Shown here: positions 1 through 9,479 of the stretch, piece by piece
Layout of the letters: each line of letters begins with the position of its first letter
How positions within the stretch are numbered: position 1 is the first letter of the stretch
DNA from: Anaerolineales bacterium
GTDB lineage: Bacteria; Chloroflexota; Anaerolineae; Anaerolineales; UBA11579
NCBI GenBank assembly: GCA_040882365.1
Contig: JBBEBI010000037.1
Span: forward strand, 9,419 to 73,418
Length of the DNA: 64,000 nucleotides
Direction: 5' to 3'
Made by a program: the position numbers and the translations under genes
The notes under the pieces: generated by a model
Databases searched by the model: none
Told to the model about the DNA's origin: nothing
The model's input: only the letters and a program-made list of their open reading frames with translations

Positions 1-2009
1 TGGGTAACCAGAACGATCTGGTCCTTTCCCCCGGCGAGACGGACCCACCCGAGCTTATCACCATCGTCCAGGCTCATGGCAATTAGACCGGAAGAGCGCA
101 CAGCCTCGAATTCGTTAAGAGCCATTCGTTTAACTTTGCCGTTGCTGGTGGCTAGCACGCAGAACTCAGCGGACTTGAAATCGGGGACCGCGGCCGCGGC
201 TGTGATTGTTTCACCGGCAGCCACGTTGAGCACATTGATGATAGGAGTGCCGCGCGCCGTGCGGTCTGCGTCGGGAATACGGTAGGCTTTTTCGGAATAC
301 ACCTTGCCCCGGTCTGAAAAGAACAGCACTGTGTCGAGGGTCCGCGCCGGCACTAGGATCACGACTTCGTCCTGATCTTTGGTGGCATGACCTCTCACGC
401 CCGCCCCTCCACGCGTTTGCGCCTTAAACGTCTTTGCGGCTACCCGCTTCACGTACCCTTGCTGGGTAATGCTCACTAAAACGGCCTCATCAGCGATGAG
501 GCTTTCTTCGGTGAGCTCTTCTTTACCCTTGCCCTCAGCGTCGATGACAGTCTTGCGGTCATCACCGTAGGTTTTTTCCATCTCACCCAGGTCAGTCTTG
601 ATGAGTGTAAGGATTTTCTTGGGATGCTTAAGCAAATCTTCCAAATAGGCGACCCGCTCCTTGACTTCCTTATATTCATCTTCAATCTTCTTGCGCTCGA
701 GGGCCGCCAACCGGCGCAGCTGCATGTCCAATATGGCCTGGGACTGTTTCTCACTAAACTTGAAGCTCGTCATAAGTGCGGTCTTGGCCGCGTCGGCATC
801 CTTGGACTTGCGGATGGTCTCGATGACGTCGTCTAGATTGGCCAACGCTTTGAGCAAGCCTTGCAAAATATGGGCGCGGGCTTTGGCCTTTTCCAGCTCG
901 AATTTCGATCGGCGGGTGATAACGACTTGGCGATGTTCAATGAAGATCTGCAAACAGCGCTTTAGCGAAAGCAGGCGTGGTTCCCCATCCACCAAGGCCA
1001 GCATCTGGGCGGCAAAGGTGCTTTGTAGAGGCGTGTACTTGTACAAGCGGTTGAGCACCAGGCGTGGCTGCGCGCCCGCCTTCAGCTCGATTACGATGCT
1101 AAGGCCCTCACGGTCGGATTCATCCCGCAGGTCGGAAATTCCCTCCAATCGCCCACTGCGCACTAGCTCCGCAATGCGCTCAATGAGATTGGTGAGGTTT
1201 AGCTGATAAGGGATCTCGCCGATCACAATACGCATGCGGCCGCGGGTCCCCTCTTCGATGCGCGATTTCGCACGCACCATCAACTGGCCTTTGCCCTTGC
1301 TATACAAATCGCGAATGCCCTCTAGGCCGACGATGATGCCCCCAGTGGGAAAGTCGGGGCCCTTGATGAACTTCAGCAAGTCCTCGCCGGTGATATCGTC
1401 GGACTTATCGTAATGGTCGATCATGTAACGCAGGGCGCCGACAAGTTCGCTCAGGTTGTGCGGCGGTATATTGGTGGCCATCCCCACGGCGATACCCGAA
1501 GAGCCGTTCAGCAGGAGATTGGGGAGACGGCTGGGAAGGACCAAGGGCTCTTTTAGGGAGCTATCGAAGTTGTCTCCAAAATCCACCGTTTCCTTATCGA
1601 TGTCGGCCAGCAGTTCTTCCGCCAGGGGATGGAGGCGCGCTTCGGTGTAGCGCATCGCCGCCGGCGGATCCCCGCCGATGGAACCGAAGTTACCCTGACC
1701 ATCGACCAGCGGGTAGCGCATGGCAAAGTCCTGGGCCATACGTGCCATCGAGTCGTACACGGCATCATCGCTGTGAGGGTGGTATTTGCCCAGCACCTCA
1801 CCGACGATACGGGCAGATTTCTTGAAGGCGCTCCCGGAGCGAACGCCCATATCGTGCATAGCATAAAGGATGCGCCGATGTACGGGCTTCAGCCCATCGC
1901 GAGCGTCTGGCAGCGCCCGTGCCACGATCACGCTCATTGCGTAATCGAGGTAGGCCGAGCGCATTTGTTCGCCAATATCTATTGGTTGGATAGAGGTACT
2001 TTTGGCCAC
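1..2009 (-). CDS. gyrA: DNA gyrase subunit A, N-terminal ~670 aa; the 3' end lies beyond the window start
   Basis: Not in the ORF track because it runs off the edge. The reverse-strand translation from GTG (2009-2007) reads [51 protein letters not shown]...[10 protein letters not shown] (active-site Tyr region)...[15 protein letters not shown] GyrA-box-like AQTRGGAGV in the C-terminal part favours GyrA over ParC. Confidence 0.9.
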   Translation of the reverse strand, partial: MAKSTSIQPIDIGEQMRSAYLDYAMSVIVARALPDARDGLKPVHRRILYAMHDMGVRSGSAFKKSARIVGEVLGKYHPHSDDAVYDSMARMAQDFAMRYPLVDGQGNFGSIGGDPPAAMRYTEARLHPLAEELLADIDKETVDFGDNFDSSLKEPLVLPSRLPNLLLNGSSGIAVGMATNIPPHNLSELVGALRYMIDHYDKSDDITGEDLLKFIKGPDFPTGGIIVGLEGIRDLYSKGKGQLMVRAKSRIEEGTRGRMRIVIGEIPYQLNLTNLIERIAELVRSGRLEGISDLRDESDREGLSIVIELKAGAQPRLVLNRLYKYTPLQSTFAAQMLALVDGEPRLLSLKRCLQIFIEHRQVVITRRSKFELEKAKARAHILQGLLKALANLDDVIETIRKSKDADAAKTALMTSFKFSEKQSQAILDMQLRRLAALERKKIEDEYKEVKERVAYLEDLLKHPKKILTLIKTDLGEMEKTYGDDRKTVIDAEGKGKEELTEESLIADEAVLVSITQQGYVKRVAAKTFKAQTRGGAGVRGHATKDQDEVVILVPARTLDTVLFFSDRGKVYSEKAYRIPDADRTARGTPIINVLNVAAGETITAAAAVPDFKSAEFCVLATSNGKVKRMALNEFEAVRSSGLIAMSLDDGDKLGWVRLAGGKDQIVLVT

Positions 2010-2293
2010 TTTAGTTCCCTGTCGTTTTAGTGAGGAAATAGGCTCAGAAACATTAATTATAACCGCAGCGGGCGGTTGAAAATTGCCCTTGGGCTGCCCG
2101 GTTTTGCATCCCTGGCTGGGAGTTTAGTACGGTTGTACGGACAAACACGTCATGTATACTTTCTAAACAGTAAGTTTTGGGTAAGTAGGATAGAAGTACA
2201 TTGCCAGATACCAAGGGCCTAACATACTTATCAGTTTAGTTGAGAAAGGGTTCTTTGTCTGACGCGGATAGCACAACCTTTCTAAAACCTCGC

Positions 2294-3313
2294 ATGACCG
2301 GTCCTCTTGCCCCCGAGGTGCTGGTTCCGCGCCTTGGGGAGAGCCTGGTAGAGAAAGGACTACTCACCACAGGCGATCTGAAGCTCGCCCTCGTTCACCA
2401 GAAGAAACGCAGAGAAGAAGGAAAGCGAGTACTTCTCGGAGAAGCGCTCATCGAGCTGGGCTTCATCGAACGGGCCAGGCTGGATGCGGCCATCACCGAG
2501 CAGATCGCCCAACTGCAGGAGGCCTTACGGCAGAGCAATCTTCTCCTGGAGCAACGAGTCCAGGAGCGCACGGCCGAATTGCAGGAAGCGCTCGACAAGC
2601 TTACCGAACTCAACCGACTTAAGAATGATTTCATTTCCAATGTATCCCACGAGTTGCGCACCCCTCTGGCTCATATGGTGGGCTACATTGACCTGCTGGC
2701 GGCTGAGGCCCTGGGACCGCTCAGCAAAGAGCAGCGCAGCGCGTTGGCCGTTTTGGAGAAGTCCTATCGTCGACTTAGCGGCCTTATCGACAACCTACTC
2801 TTCCTATCATTCGATACTGTCGAGAGCCTTCACCTGGAATCAGGATCCGTCAAATTGCAGGAGCTTTTTCCCCAGGTCATCGCGCAGTGCAAAGCCAAAC
2901 CCGTCAAGGGCAACATCGTGATCAGTCATGAGGTTCCCCCGGATCTTCCCCCGGTGCAGGCGGATAGCAACAAAGTCGAATGGGCCCTTGGTCAGCTTAT
3001 GGACAACGCCATAAAATTCAATCAGGAAGGCGGTCGGATCCATCTAAGCGCCAGAAAGAACGGCCGACGTGTGGAGATTGCAGTGGCCGATACCGGCGAG
3101 GGCATTCCAGCCGAAAAGCTGGCTGAGATCTTCGAACCATTTCACCAATTGGATAGCTCCACCACGAGGAAGGCCGGAGGCGCGGGCATCGGGTTGACGC
3201 TTACCAAACGCATCGTGGAAGCGCACGGATCCAAACTACAAGTGGAATCCGTTCCCGGAAAGGGGACCCGGTTCTCGTTCAGTCTGCCTCAAGCTCAGGT
3301 TATCTATGAATAA
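2294..3313 (+). CDS. Soluble sensor histidine kinase with an N-terminal T2SSE_N/MshEN-like domain, then HisKA and HATPase_c
   Basis: H-box FISNVSHELRTPL. ATPase motifs are DNAIKFN and DTGEGI...GGAGIGL. The N terminus has RLGESLVEKGLLTTGDLKLALVHQ followed by LLGEALIELGFIERARLDAAITEQ. No TM segment. The ORF track starts at TTG 2240; ATG 2294 is an equally plausible start. Confidence 0.85.
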   Translation: MTGPLAPEVLVPRLGESLVEKGLLTTGDLKLALVHQKKRREEGKRVLLGEALIELGFIERARLDAAITEQIAQLQEALRQSNLLLEQRVQERTAELQEALDKLTELNRLKNDFISNVSHELRTPLAHMVGYIDLLAAEALGPLSKEQRSALAVLEKSYRRLSGLIDNLLFLSFDTVESLHLESGSVKLQELFPQVIAQCKAKPVKGNIVISHEVPPDLPPVQADSNKVEWALGQLMDNAIKFNQEGGRIHLSARKNGRRVEIAVADTGEGIPAEKLAEIFEPFHQLDSSTTRKAGGAGIGLTLTKRIVEAHGSKLQVESVPGKGTRFSFSLPQAQVIYE

Positions 3314-4532
3314 TCGCTCCCACGGTGCCAGCAAGCTGCAGCCAGACGAGCTTGAAGCCGTTTACGCCATCAGCCGCGTGGTAGCTGAGGTCTTGGAGCT
3401 GGAAACGGCGCTAACCGCTATCGTGCGATTGGCGCGGCCCATCTTCATTTTCGATAACGCCGTTCTCTATCTTTCGAATGAGGAAGGCTTTCTGGAGCCG
3501 GCCTTCGCCAGAGCTATCGGGCGCGGCCGTTCGTCGGAAGCGGACTCCGCCTGGGGGGAAGTGGCGGCCAACGAAGCCTTCGCCTCCGGACACACATTCA
3601 TCTACCAGCCGGAATTTCAGCCAAACACGGATCGTCTACAGCAACGCCTCTATTTAGGCTTGCCCATGCTCCTGGGGGGCAAAGGCATCGGCGCCCTGGT
3701 ATTCATCCGCTTTGGCGGCCCCAAATTCACCGACGAGCAAATCCACCTGGCGGAATTCATTGCCGCCCACGTGACGCAGGTGCTCGAACATAGGCGGTTG
3801 GTAGAAAGAGTGGGGAACCTGGAAGCCGAACGGCGCCTGGCCCGACTGCAAAGTGATTTCATCGCCACCGTTTCGCACGAGCTGAAGACACCGCTGGGTT
3901 TTATAAAGGGATACTCTACAACCTTGCTGCGCAAAGATACCCGTTGGGATGAGAGCACACAGCAGGAATTCCTTGGAATTATTGATGAAGAAGCGGACCA
4001 CCTTACTGAATTGGTGGATAATTTATTAGATTCTTCGCGCCTTCAATCCGGTACGTTGGATATCGACCTTAGAACCCTGGATCTGGCTACACTGGTTAAA
4101 GTAAATGTTGAACGCTTGCGGGCGCGTTATCCCGACTTGAATATAGAATTGAAGAGTCAAGGGGAAAATTGCACCGTGAACGGCGACCCCAAGCGTCTAA
4201 GCCAGGTGATAGAGAACCTTATAGGCAATGCGGCCAAATACGCGCCGAATGGCACGCTCAAAATCACTGTTAATGAAACGGGGGACGGCGTGCAACTCAA
4301 AGTGAAGGACCAGGGTCCGGGGATTGCCCCGGAGGACGCCGAGCACATATTCAAGCGCTTCTTTCGCTCGACCCGCTTCAAGGACAAAGTGCGCGGCAGC
4401 GGCCTTGGCCTTTTCATTTGCGACCAGATCATCAAAGCCCACAAGGGAGAGATCCGTGTGAATTCAGCCCAGGGCAAGGGAGCGGAATTCATTATCATTC
4501 TCCCAGGGGCAAGCATTCCCCAGCCAGTTTAG
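3306..4532 (+). CDS. Soluble GAF-domain sensor histidine kinase
   Basis: N-terminal GAF-like region of ~170 aa. H-box FIATVSHELKTPL. ATPase motifs are IGNAAKYAP, DQGPGI and GSGLGLFI. The start overlaps the upstream kinase stop by 8 nt, consistent with translational coupling. Confidence 0.85.
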   Translation: MNNRSHGASKLQPDELEAVYAISRVVAEVLELETALTAIVRLARPIFIFDNAVLYLSNEEGFLEPAFARAIGRGRSSEADSAWGEVAANEAFASGHTFIYQPEFQPNTDRLQQRLYLGLPMLLGGKGIGALVFIRFGGPKFTDEQIHLAEFIAAHVTQVLEHRRLVERVGNLEAERRLARLQSDFIATVSHELKTPLGFIKGYSTTLLRKDTRWDESTQQEFLGIIDEEADHLTELVDNLLDSSRLQSGTLDIDLRTLDLATLVKVNVERLRARYPDLNIELKSQGENCTVNGDPKRLSQVIENLIGNAAKYAPNGTLKITVNETGDGVQLKVKDQGPGIAPEDAEHIFKRFFRSTRFKDKVRGSGLGLFICDQIIKAHKGEIRVNSAQGKGAEFIIILPGASIPQPV

Positions 4533-4543
4533 CGAGGAGATCT

Positions 4544-5227
4544 ATGGCAGCCCGGATACTTGTAGTCGATGATGAACCCCGCTTCGTCCGCCTAGTAGAA
4601 GCAAACCTGCAAGCGGAAGGGTTCGAGGTGTTGAAGGCCAAAGGCGGCAAAGAAGCCGTGGAGATGGCGGCCAGCGAAAAACCCGACCTCATCCTGCTAG
4701 ATGTGATGATGCCGGAGATGGACGGGTTTCAGGCTTGCGAACGCATTCGTGAGTTTTCATCTGTCCCGATCATCATGCTCACCGCCAAGGGTGATGAGGA
4801 GCACAAGGTGCGCGGACTCAACCTGGGCGCGGACGATTACGTGGTGAAGCCCTTCTCGGCTAACGAATTGATGGCCCGCGTCGGGGCCGTCCTGCGGCGT
4901 GGGCAGCGGGTGACGCCAGACTTCTCAGAAAGTGCATTCACGCGAGGGGCCCTGCGCATTGATTTTGCGCGCGCCGAGGTGACCGTGGACGGGCAACCGG
5001 TGTCGCTCTCCGCCACGGAATATCGCCTTTTGCTGCAATTTGCGCGTCGCGCCGGCAAGATTTTGACAGCAGAAGAACTCTTGCACAATGTTTGGGGGGC
5101 GGAGTATAGTGAGGAGAAGGAGATCTTGTGGGTGAGCATCTCTCGTCTTCGCCAAAAGCTGGAAAAGGATCCCAAGAACCCCGAGTTGATCGTCACGCTC
5201 CCCGGCGAAGGCTACATGATGCCATAG
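4544..5227 (+). CDS. OmpR/PhoB-family response regulator (REC plus winged HTH)
   Basis: MAARILVVDDEPRF...LILLDVMMPEMDG...LTAKG is a receiver domain. The C-terminal part, LSATEYRLLLQF...WVSISRLRQKLE...GEGY, is a Trans_reg_C domain. GAGGAG (4534-4539) sits 4 nt before ATG 4544. The track's longer 4418 start overlaps the upstream kinase. Confidence 0.9.
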   Translation: MAARILVVDDEPRFVRLVEANLQAEGFEVLKAKGGKEAVEMAASEKPDLILLDVMMPEMDGFQACERIREFSSVPIIMLTAKGDEEHKVRGLNLGADDYVVKPFSANELMARVGAVLRRGQRVTPDFSESAFTRGALRIDFARAEVTVDGQPVSLSATEYRLLLQFARRAGKILTAEELLHNVWGAEYSEEKEILWVSISRLRQKLEKDPKNPELIVTLPGEGYMMP

Positions 5228-5258
5228 AGCAATCAATGGATCATACTCAGGGCTGACA

Positions 5259-5558
5259 ATGGAAGGACAAAAGCGGGCCAAGGAACGAGGCTTTCGGCCT
5301 TTTGTGAACACCAGTCAGTATCCGGTGATCATCCAAACGATGCACAATCGGATTCACGGCAACCTGCACGCCCGCGAGAATGAGCGCATCAAGGATGCGC
5401 TCAACTCGAACGAGACCTTTATAGCCATCACGAACGTACAAATCTTCGACGTCGAAGGCAGCGCCCAAGTGAGGAAGAGCGACTTCCTGGCTATTAACTG
5501 TGCGAATATAATCTGGGTGATAGAGGACAAACCGCCGACCGGTCCACTGAGCCGCTAG
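5259..5558 (+). CDS. Small conserved hypothetical protein (99 aa or shorter)
   Basis: Only an ORF plus a recollected motif pattern for a small family seen in Chloroflexi/Deinococcus-Thermus-type genomes: IHGNL...RIKDALNS..ETFIAITNV...DFLAINCANIIWV. Function unknown and the start is uncertain (internal Met at residue 28). Confidence 0.45.
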   Translation: MEGQKRAKERGFRPFVNTSQYPVIIQTMHNRIHGNLHARENERIKDALNSNETFIAITNVQIFDVEGSAQVRKSDFLAINCANIIWVIEDKPPTGPLSR

Positions 5559-5583
5559 CGGTGCGATGAACTAGAATTCCCCT

Positions 5584-6261
5584 ATGAGCCAAGATCAAGC
5601 CATCCAATTGCGCGCCAAAATCCTTGGGGTGTTGCTGCGAGATGCCCGGTCCGCGTCCGGAAAATCCATGAAGGAAATTGGCGAATTAATCGGGGTATCC
5701 AGCGGTACGATCAGTTCTATCGAGCGAGGCTCTAATTCGCTTTCCCTTCCGGAACTTGAATTGGTGGCCTTCTATCTGGGTGTACCAGTCACCCACTTCT
5801 GGTCGCAGGAGGTCGTTTCCCAGGATCCTCACCCCAGCCAAAACCTGGACGTGGAAAAACTGCTGGCTCTGCGCCACCGCACGATTGGGGCCATGCTGCG
5901 CCAGGCCCGTGTGGAAAAGAATCTGAGCCAGAAAGACCTTTCCCAACGCTCGGATATTTCCACCAGCCGCATTCGGCGCTATGAAAATGGCGAGACGGCC
6001 GTGCCGCTTCCCGAACTCGAAAAGTTGGCCGCCAGCCTGGGTTTGCACCTGGAGGATTTCATTGACCGCAGCGGGCCCGTGGGGGAATGGATAGCCACCA
6101 AACGCGCAGAGCGGACCTTGACTCAATTGCCGCGCGGCCTGCAGGAATTCATCGCCGATCCTGAAAACCGAGGCTACCTTGAACTGGCCCTAAAGTTGAG
6201 TACCACCTCAAAGGAAAAGCTGCGCGCCATGTCCGAAGCCTTGGCCGAGCTATTGACCTAA
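5584..6261 (+). CDS. Transcriptional regulator with two Cro/C1 (XRE)-type HTH domains
   Basis: Two HTH_3-like segments: KSMKEIGELIGVSSGTISSIERG and LSQKDLSQRSDISTSRIRRYENG. A conserved ELPELE-like turn follows each. Confidence 0.75.
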   Translation: MSQDQAIQLRAKILGVLLRDARSASGKSMKEIGELIGVSSGTISSIERGSNSLSLPELELVAFYLGVPVTHFWSQEVVSQDPHPSQNLDVEKLLALRHRTIGAMLRQARVEKNLSQKDLSQRSDISTSRIRRYENGETAVPLPELEKLAASLGLHLEDFIDRSGPVGEWIATKRAERTLTQLPRGLQEFIADPENRGYLELALKLSTTSKEKLRAMSEALAELLT

Positions 6262-6263
6262 TC

Positions 6264-6374
6264 TGGCCTCCCAGAGAACAGTCGGGAAAGCATTTTGATC
6301 CCAGTGTGGTCGAAGCGTTTTTTTTATTACATTCTGGGCAAAGACTGACCTCCAGGAATCCGTCGCCTGTCTAA
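6264..6374 (+). pseudogene. Possible relic of the C-terminal end of an HD-GYP/HD-domain gene
   Basis: The intergenic frame reads ...REQSGKHFDPSVVEAFFLLHSGQRLTSRNPSPV*. GKHFDPSVVEAF matches the typical HD-GYP C-terminal signature; compare SGSQFDPKVVKAFLKA in the intact HD-GYP protein at 47170-50379. No start codon and no upstream HD domain. Confidence 0.25.
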
Positions 6375-6389
6375 TGTATAATCAAAACG

Positions 6390-7247
6390 ATGGCTGTTCC
6401 CGCCGTCCTTAGCCCTCGCGCCGCAATAGAAGAGGACCGCAGCCGGCTAGCAAACCTGCTGCATTTCGAAACCTATGTGCACCGCCATTTGGATTGGCGG
6501 CGGCCCTTGGATTGGCTGGGCAAATCACCCTATTTGGTACTGGAATCAGGGGGAAGAATTACCGCCGCATTAGCCTGCCCGCCTGATCCGCCCGGAGTAG
6601 CCTGGATACGTCTTTTCGCTTCAGCCACACGCTTCGATCCCGGCGAGGCCTGGACAACTCTGTGGCCCCGCGCCGTTGAGCAACTGCGACGTTCCGTTAG
6701 ATACGTGGCTGCCATCCCATTGCAGGATTGGTTCCGCGACCTCCTAACCAAAAGCCAATTTCAACACGCCCACAATGTGGTGGTACTCGAATGGCTCCCA
6801 GACGGTGATATTAGCTCAGCCTCATTGGAAGGTGATCTCGCCATAAGACAGATGGGCGTGGCCGATATAACCGGCGTGTTTTCCGTAGATAGAGCTGCCT
6901 TTGCTCCCTTATGGCAGCATTCAGAGGAAGCCGTGTCACGCGCCTTCGAGCAATCCGGATTTGCCACTGTAATTGAAGAGAACAGCAGAGTTGTTGCTTT
7001 TCAGATCAGTACCCGCAGTTCCCAAGGATTGCATCTGGCCCGATTGGCAACGCACCCAGATCATCAAAGCCGGGGGCTGGCCAAGGCACTGGTACGTGAT
7101 GTGCAGCGCCAGGCGCTAAAGCGAAAAGACCCGTTGCTCTCGGTTAACACGCAAGACAATAATCGTCCCTCGCTGGCCTTGTATGAAAAATTGGGTTTCC
7201 ATCTGACCGGGAGTCAATTCCCCGTTTTTCAATACAATCTGGACTGA
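6390..7247 (+). CDS. GNAT-family N-acetyltransferase with an uncharacterised N-terminal half
   Basis: The C-terminal half has an acetyl-CoA-binding-type motif: HPDHQSRGLAKALVRDVQRQA...NNRPSLALYEKLGF. Confidence 0.7.
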   Translation: MAVPAVLSPRAAIEEDRSRLANLLHFETYVHRHLDWRRPLDWLGKSPYLVLESGGRITAALACPPDPPGVAWIRLFASATRFDPGEAWTTLWPRAVEQLRRSVRYVAAIPLQDWFRDLLTKSQFQHAHNVVVLEWLPDGDISSASLEGDLAIRQMGVADITGVFSVDRAAFAPLWQHSEEAVSRAFEQSGFATVIEENSRVVAFQISTRSSQGLHLARLATHPDHQSRGLAKALVRDVQRQALKRKDPLLSVNTQDNNRPSLALYEKLGFHLTGSQFPVFQYNLD

Positions 7248-7254
7248 TTTTCTG

Positions 7255-7977
7255 ATGAATACCTCTCTACAGGGTCGAGTGGCCTTTATCGCGGGCGCAG
7301 CCGGTGGATTGGGATCCGTGGCTTCGGCGGCTTTTGCCCAAGCCGGAGCCAATCTTGTCCTGCTGGGCCACAACGCCGAAAAGCTTGAGGTACTGGCTGC
7401 CAAGTTAAATCTGCCCTCCAGCCGCGTGTCAATCCATGCCGGAAATGCCTCATCGCAACAGGAAACGGAAGCGGCAGCCTCCACTGCTATTAAGAAATTT
7501 GGGCGGATCGACGTGTTAGTCAACCTCGTGGGTGGCTGGATCGGGGGGAAGGACATATTTGCCACCAGCAGAGAGGATATGGCTGGGATGATCGACCAAC
7601 ATCTGTTCGCCAGTTACACGCTGATAAAAACCTGTGTGCCTCACATGCTGGCGAACAAATGGGGGCGCGTGTTGGCTGTATCGTCGCCCAATGCCGGCCG
7701 GCCGCCCGGGAACAACTCGCCTTATGCCGTGGGCAAGGCTGCCATGGAAGCGCTGATGCTATCCCTGGCTCAGGAAGTCAGGGCTACGGGCGTGACCGCC
7801 AACCTCCTATTGGTCAAAATGATTGACACGGCCCATCAGAGGACGATTAATCCCAGCAAAGAAAACAAGAGTTGGACCAGCCCGGAAGAAATCTCTGCTA
7901 CACTTCTGCATCTTTGCAGCGAGGAAGCTGGCATGATCAATGGGGCCCGCCTCCCTCTCTATGGAGAACCCTACTGA
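7255..7977 (+). CDS. Short-chain dehydrogenase/reductase (SDR)
   Basis: N-terminal AFIAGAAGGLG glycine-rich NAD(P)-binding motif. Catalytic S...YAVGKAA (YxxxK). Confidence 0.85.
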   Translation: MNTSLQGRVAFIAGAAGGLGSVASAAFAQAGANLVLLGHNAEKLEVLAAKLNLPSSRVSIHAGNASSQQETEAAASTAIKKFGRIDVLVNLVGGWIGGKDIFATSREDMAGMIDQHLFASYTLIKTCVPHMLANKWGRVLAVSSPNAGRPPGNNSPYAVGKAAMEALMLSLAQEVRATGVTANLLLVKMIDTAHQRTINPSKENKSWTSPEEISATLLHLCSEEAGMINGARLPLYGEPY

Positions 7978-7997
7978 ATGCGGAGGATCTGAAGAAA

Positions 7998-8702
7998 ATG
8001 GAAAGCAGTAAACGCCAGGCCCGATTGGAGCGACGCCGTTCCCAGCAACGCCAATCACAAATTAAATGGCTGGGATACCTCGTTGCCGCGGCAGTGATAA
8101 TTACGGTTCTACTGATCTTAGCCCAGCAGATCAGCGGTCCGCGTGTGGTTGCTTACTCCCAGAAAAATGGCGTGAGCCTTGGGAATCCCGAGGCTCCAGT
8201 CACCCTTGTGGAATTCGCCGATTTCCAATGCTCTTTTTGTCAGCAATCATACAACCAGACCGAAGCATCCATCATCGGACAATATGTCGACACCGGGGAC
8301 GCCAACTACACCTATCAAATCGTGGGGTTCCTCGGACCGGAATCTGTGGCGGCCGCCGAAGCGGCTTATTGTGCCGCGGATCAGAATTATTTCTGGGAAT
8401 ATCACGACATTCTTTTTGCCCCACTGAACTTTTCTCATGGCAATAGCGGCGGATATACCGAAGAGAAGCTAGTCCAATTCGCCCAACAGGTTAATGGCAT
8501 CGACATGGATGCTTTCAACCAATGTCTCGCCAGCGATGAGAAGTTGGCTCAAATAAGCGCTGCCGAATCCCTGGCAAGTTCGTTGGGTATTAGCGGGACA
8601 CCCGGGTATGTGATCAATGGGGCCGTCCTTCCCGGTTTTCAGCCGCTGGAGGCCTTGCAGCGCGCGATTGAGGCCGCTCTGGCCGCGGTGAGCGGTAACT
8701 AA
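7998..8702 (+). CDS. Membrane-anchored DsbA-family thiol:disulfide oxidoreductase
   Basis: N-terminal TM segment WLGYLVAAAVIITVLLILA. Thioredoxin-fold motif FADFQCSFCQ (CxxC). C-terminal GISGTPGYVING. GGAGGA (7982-7987) lies upstream of ATG 7998. The track's 7872 start overlaps the SDR gene. Confidence 0.8.
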   Translation: MESSKRQARLERRRSQQRQSQIKWLGYLVAAAVIITVLLILAQQISGPRVVAYSQKNGVSLGNPEAPVTLVEFADFQCSFCQQSYNQTEASIIGQYVDTGDANYTYQIVGFLGPESVAAAEAAYCAADQNYFWEYHDILFAPLNFSHGNSGGYTEEKLVQFAQQVNGIDMDAFNQCLASDEKLAQISAAESLASSLGISGTPGYVINGAVLPGFQPLEALQRAIEAALAAVSGN

Positions 8703-8728
8703 AACCAATCACCAAATTCCTCCAATAA

Positions 8729-8749
8729 ATCCCCTGCAAAACAGGGGAT
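8729..8749. terminator. Hairpin between convergent genes (candidate bidirectional terminator)
   Basis: ATCCCCTG-caaaa-CAGGGGAT is a perfect 8-bp stem. It is flanked by ACCAAAT...ATTTGGT and lies between the dsbA-like stop (8702) and the DUF554 stop (8763). Confidence 0.5.
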
Positions 8750-8762
8750 ATTTGGTTACCAA

Positions 8763-9479
8763 CTAAAAACTCACCGAGAAACCCATGGCCGCCAGGATGA
8801 AAACGATTAGCGGAGCCAGAACCAGGGCCGGCAAGAAATTGCCCACGCGAATCGACTTGATCTCCAGCAGGCTGCTGATGGCAATGCCCAAAAGCAGAAT
8901 ACCTCCCGTAGCGCTGAGCTCAGCGATCATCGAGTCCGTGAAAATCGTTTGGGCTTGTTGAGCAAGCAAGCTGATCCCCCCTTGGAAGACGAGGATGACA
9001 AGCGTGGAGAACAATACACCGAGGCCCAAGGTGGAGGCGAACACCATGCCGGCGAAACCATCCAGCACGGATTTAATTGCCAGCAGCCGGAAATTTCCGG
9101 TTAACCCATCTTGGATGGAACCTAAAATGGTCATAGGGCCGATGCAAAAGACAAGAGAAGCCGTCAGAAAGCCGCGTACGAAACGGGCGCTGCCGCCTTC
9201 AACCCCCGAAGCAAAACGAGCCTGCAGCCATTCGCCAAATCCAGCCAAGCCCGCCTCGATCTGCCACCATTCCCCCAATACGCCACCGACCAACAAGGCC
9301 AACAGCACGATGATGGGATTCTGTGTGCCAATGAAAAGTGTTAGTCCATAAGCCAGGGTGAATAGCCCCAGCCCCGCCACCACCGTCTGGCGGATGCGCT
9401 CGGGCAGCCGGGCACCAAAGGCAAGCCCCAGCGCGCCGCCGACCAGCACGGTGGCGATATTCAAAAAAGTCCCAGTCAT
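8763..9479 (-). CDS. DUF554-family integral membrane protein
   Basis: Polytopic hydrophobic protein. The N terminus MTGTFLNIATVLVGGALGLAFG..LPERIRQTVV resembles the DUF554 (YdfK/YqgA-like) family as I recall it. Confidence 0.7.
   Translation of the reverse strand: MTGTFLNIATVLVGGALGLAFGARLPERIRQTVVAGLGLFTLAYGLTLFIGTQNPIIVLLALLVGGVLGEWWQIEAGLAGFGEWLQARFASGVEGGSARFVRGFLTASLVFCIGPMTILGSIQDGLTGNFRLLAIKSVLDGFAGMVFASTLGLGVLFSTLVILVFQGGISLLAQQAQTIFTDSMIAELSATGGILLLGIAISSLLEIKSIRVGNFLPALVLAPLIVFILAAMGFSVSF

Noticed and set aside
661-2030. Plus-strand ORFs (181 and 133 aa) in the first 2 kb
   Set aside because: They are antisense to gyrA, whose translation is unmistakable. gyrA is missing from the ORF track only because it runs off the window edge.
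4418-4543. N-terminal extensions of track ORFs (response regulator 4418, dsbA-like 7872, capA-like 16103, dcd 14284, osmC-like 25682, ruvB 52780, recJ 58648, M23 paralog 2 at 20342)
   Set aside because: In each case the extension overlaps the neighbouring gene or promoter region. An internal Met preceded by an SD, or matching the family N terminus or a signal peptide, gives a better start.
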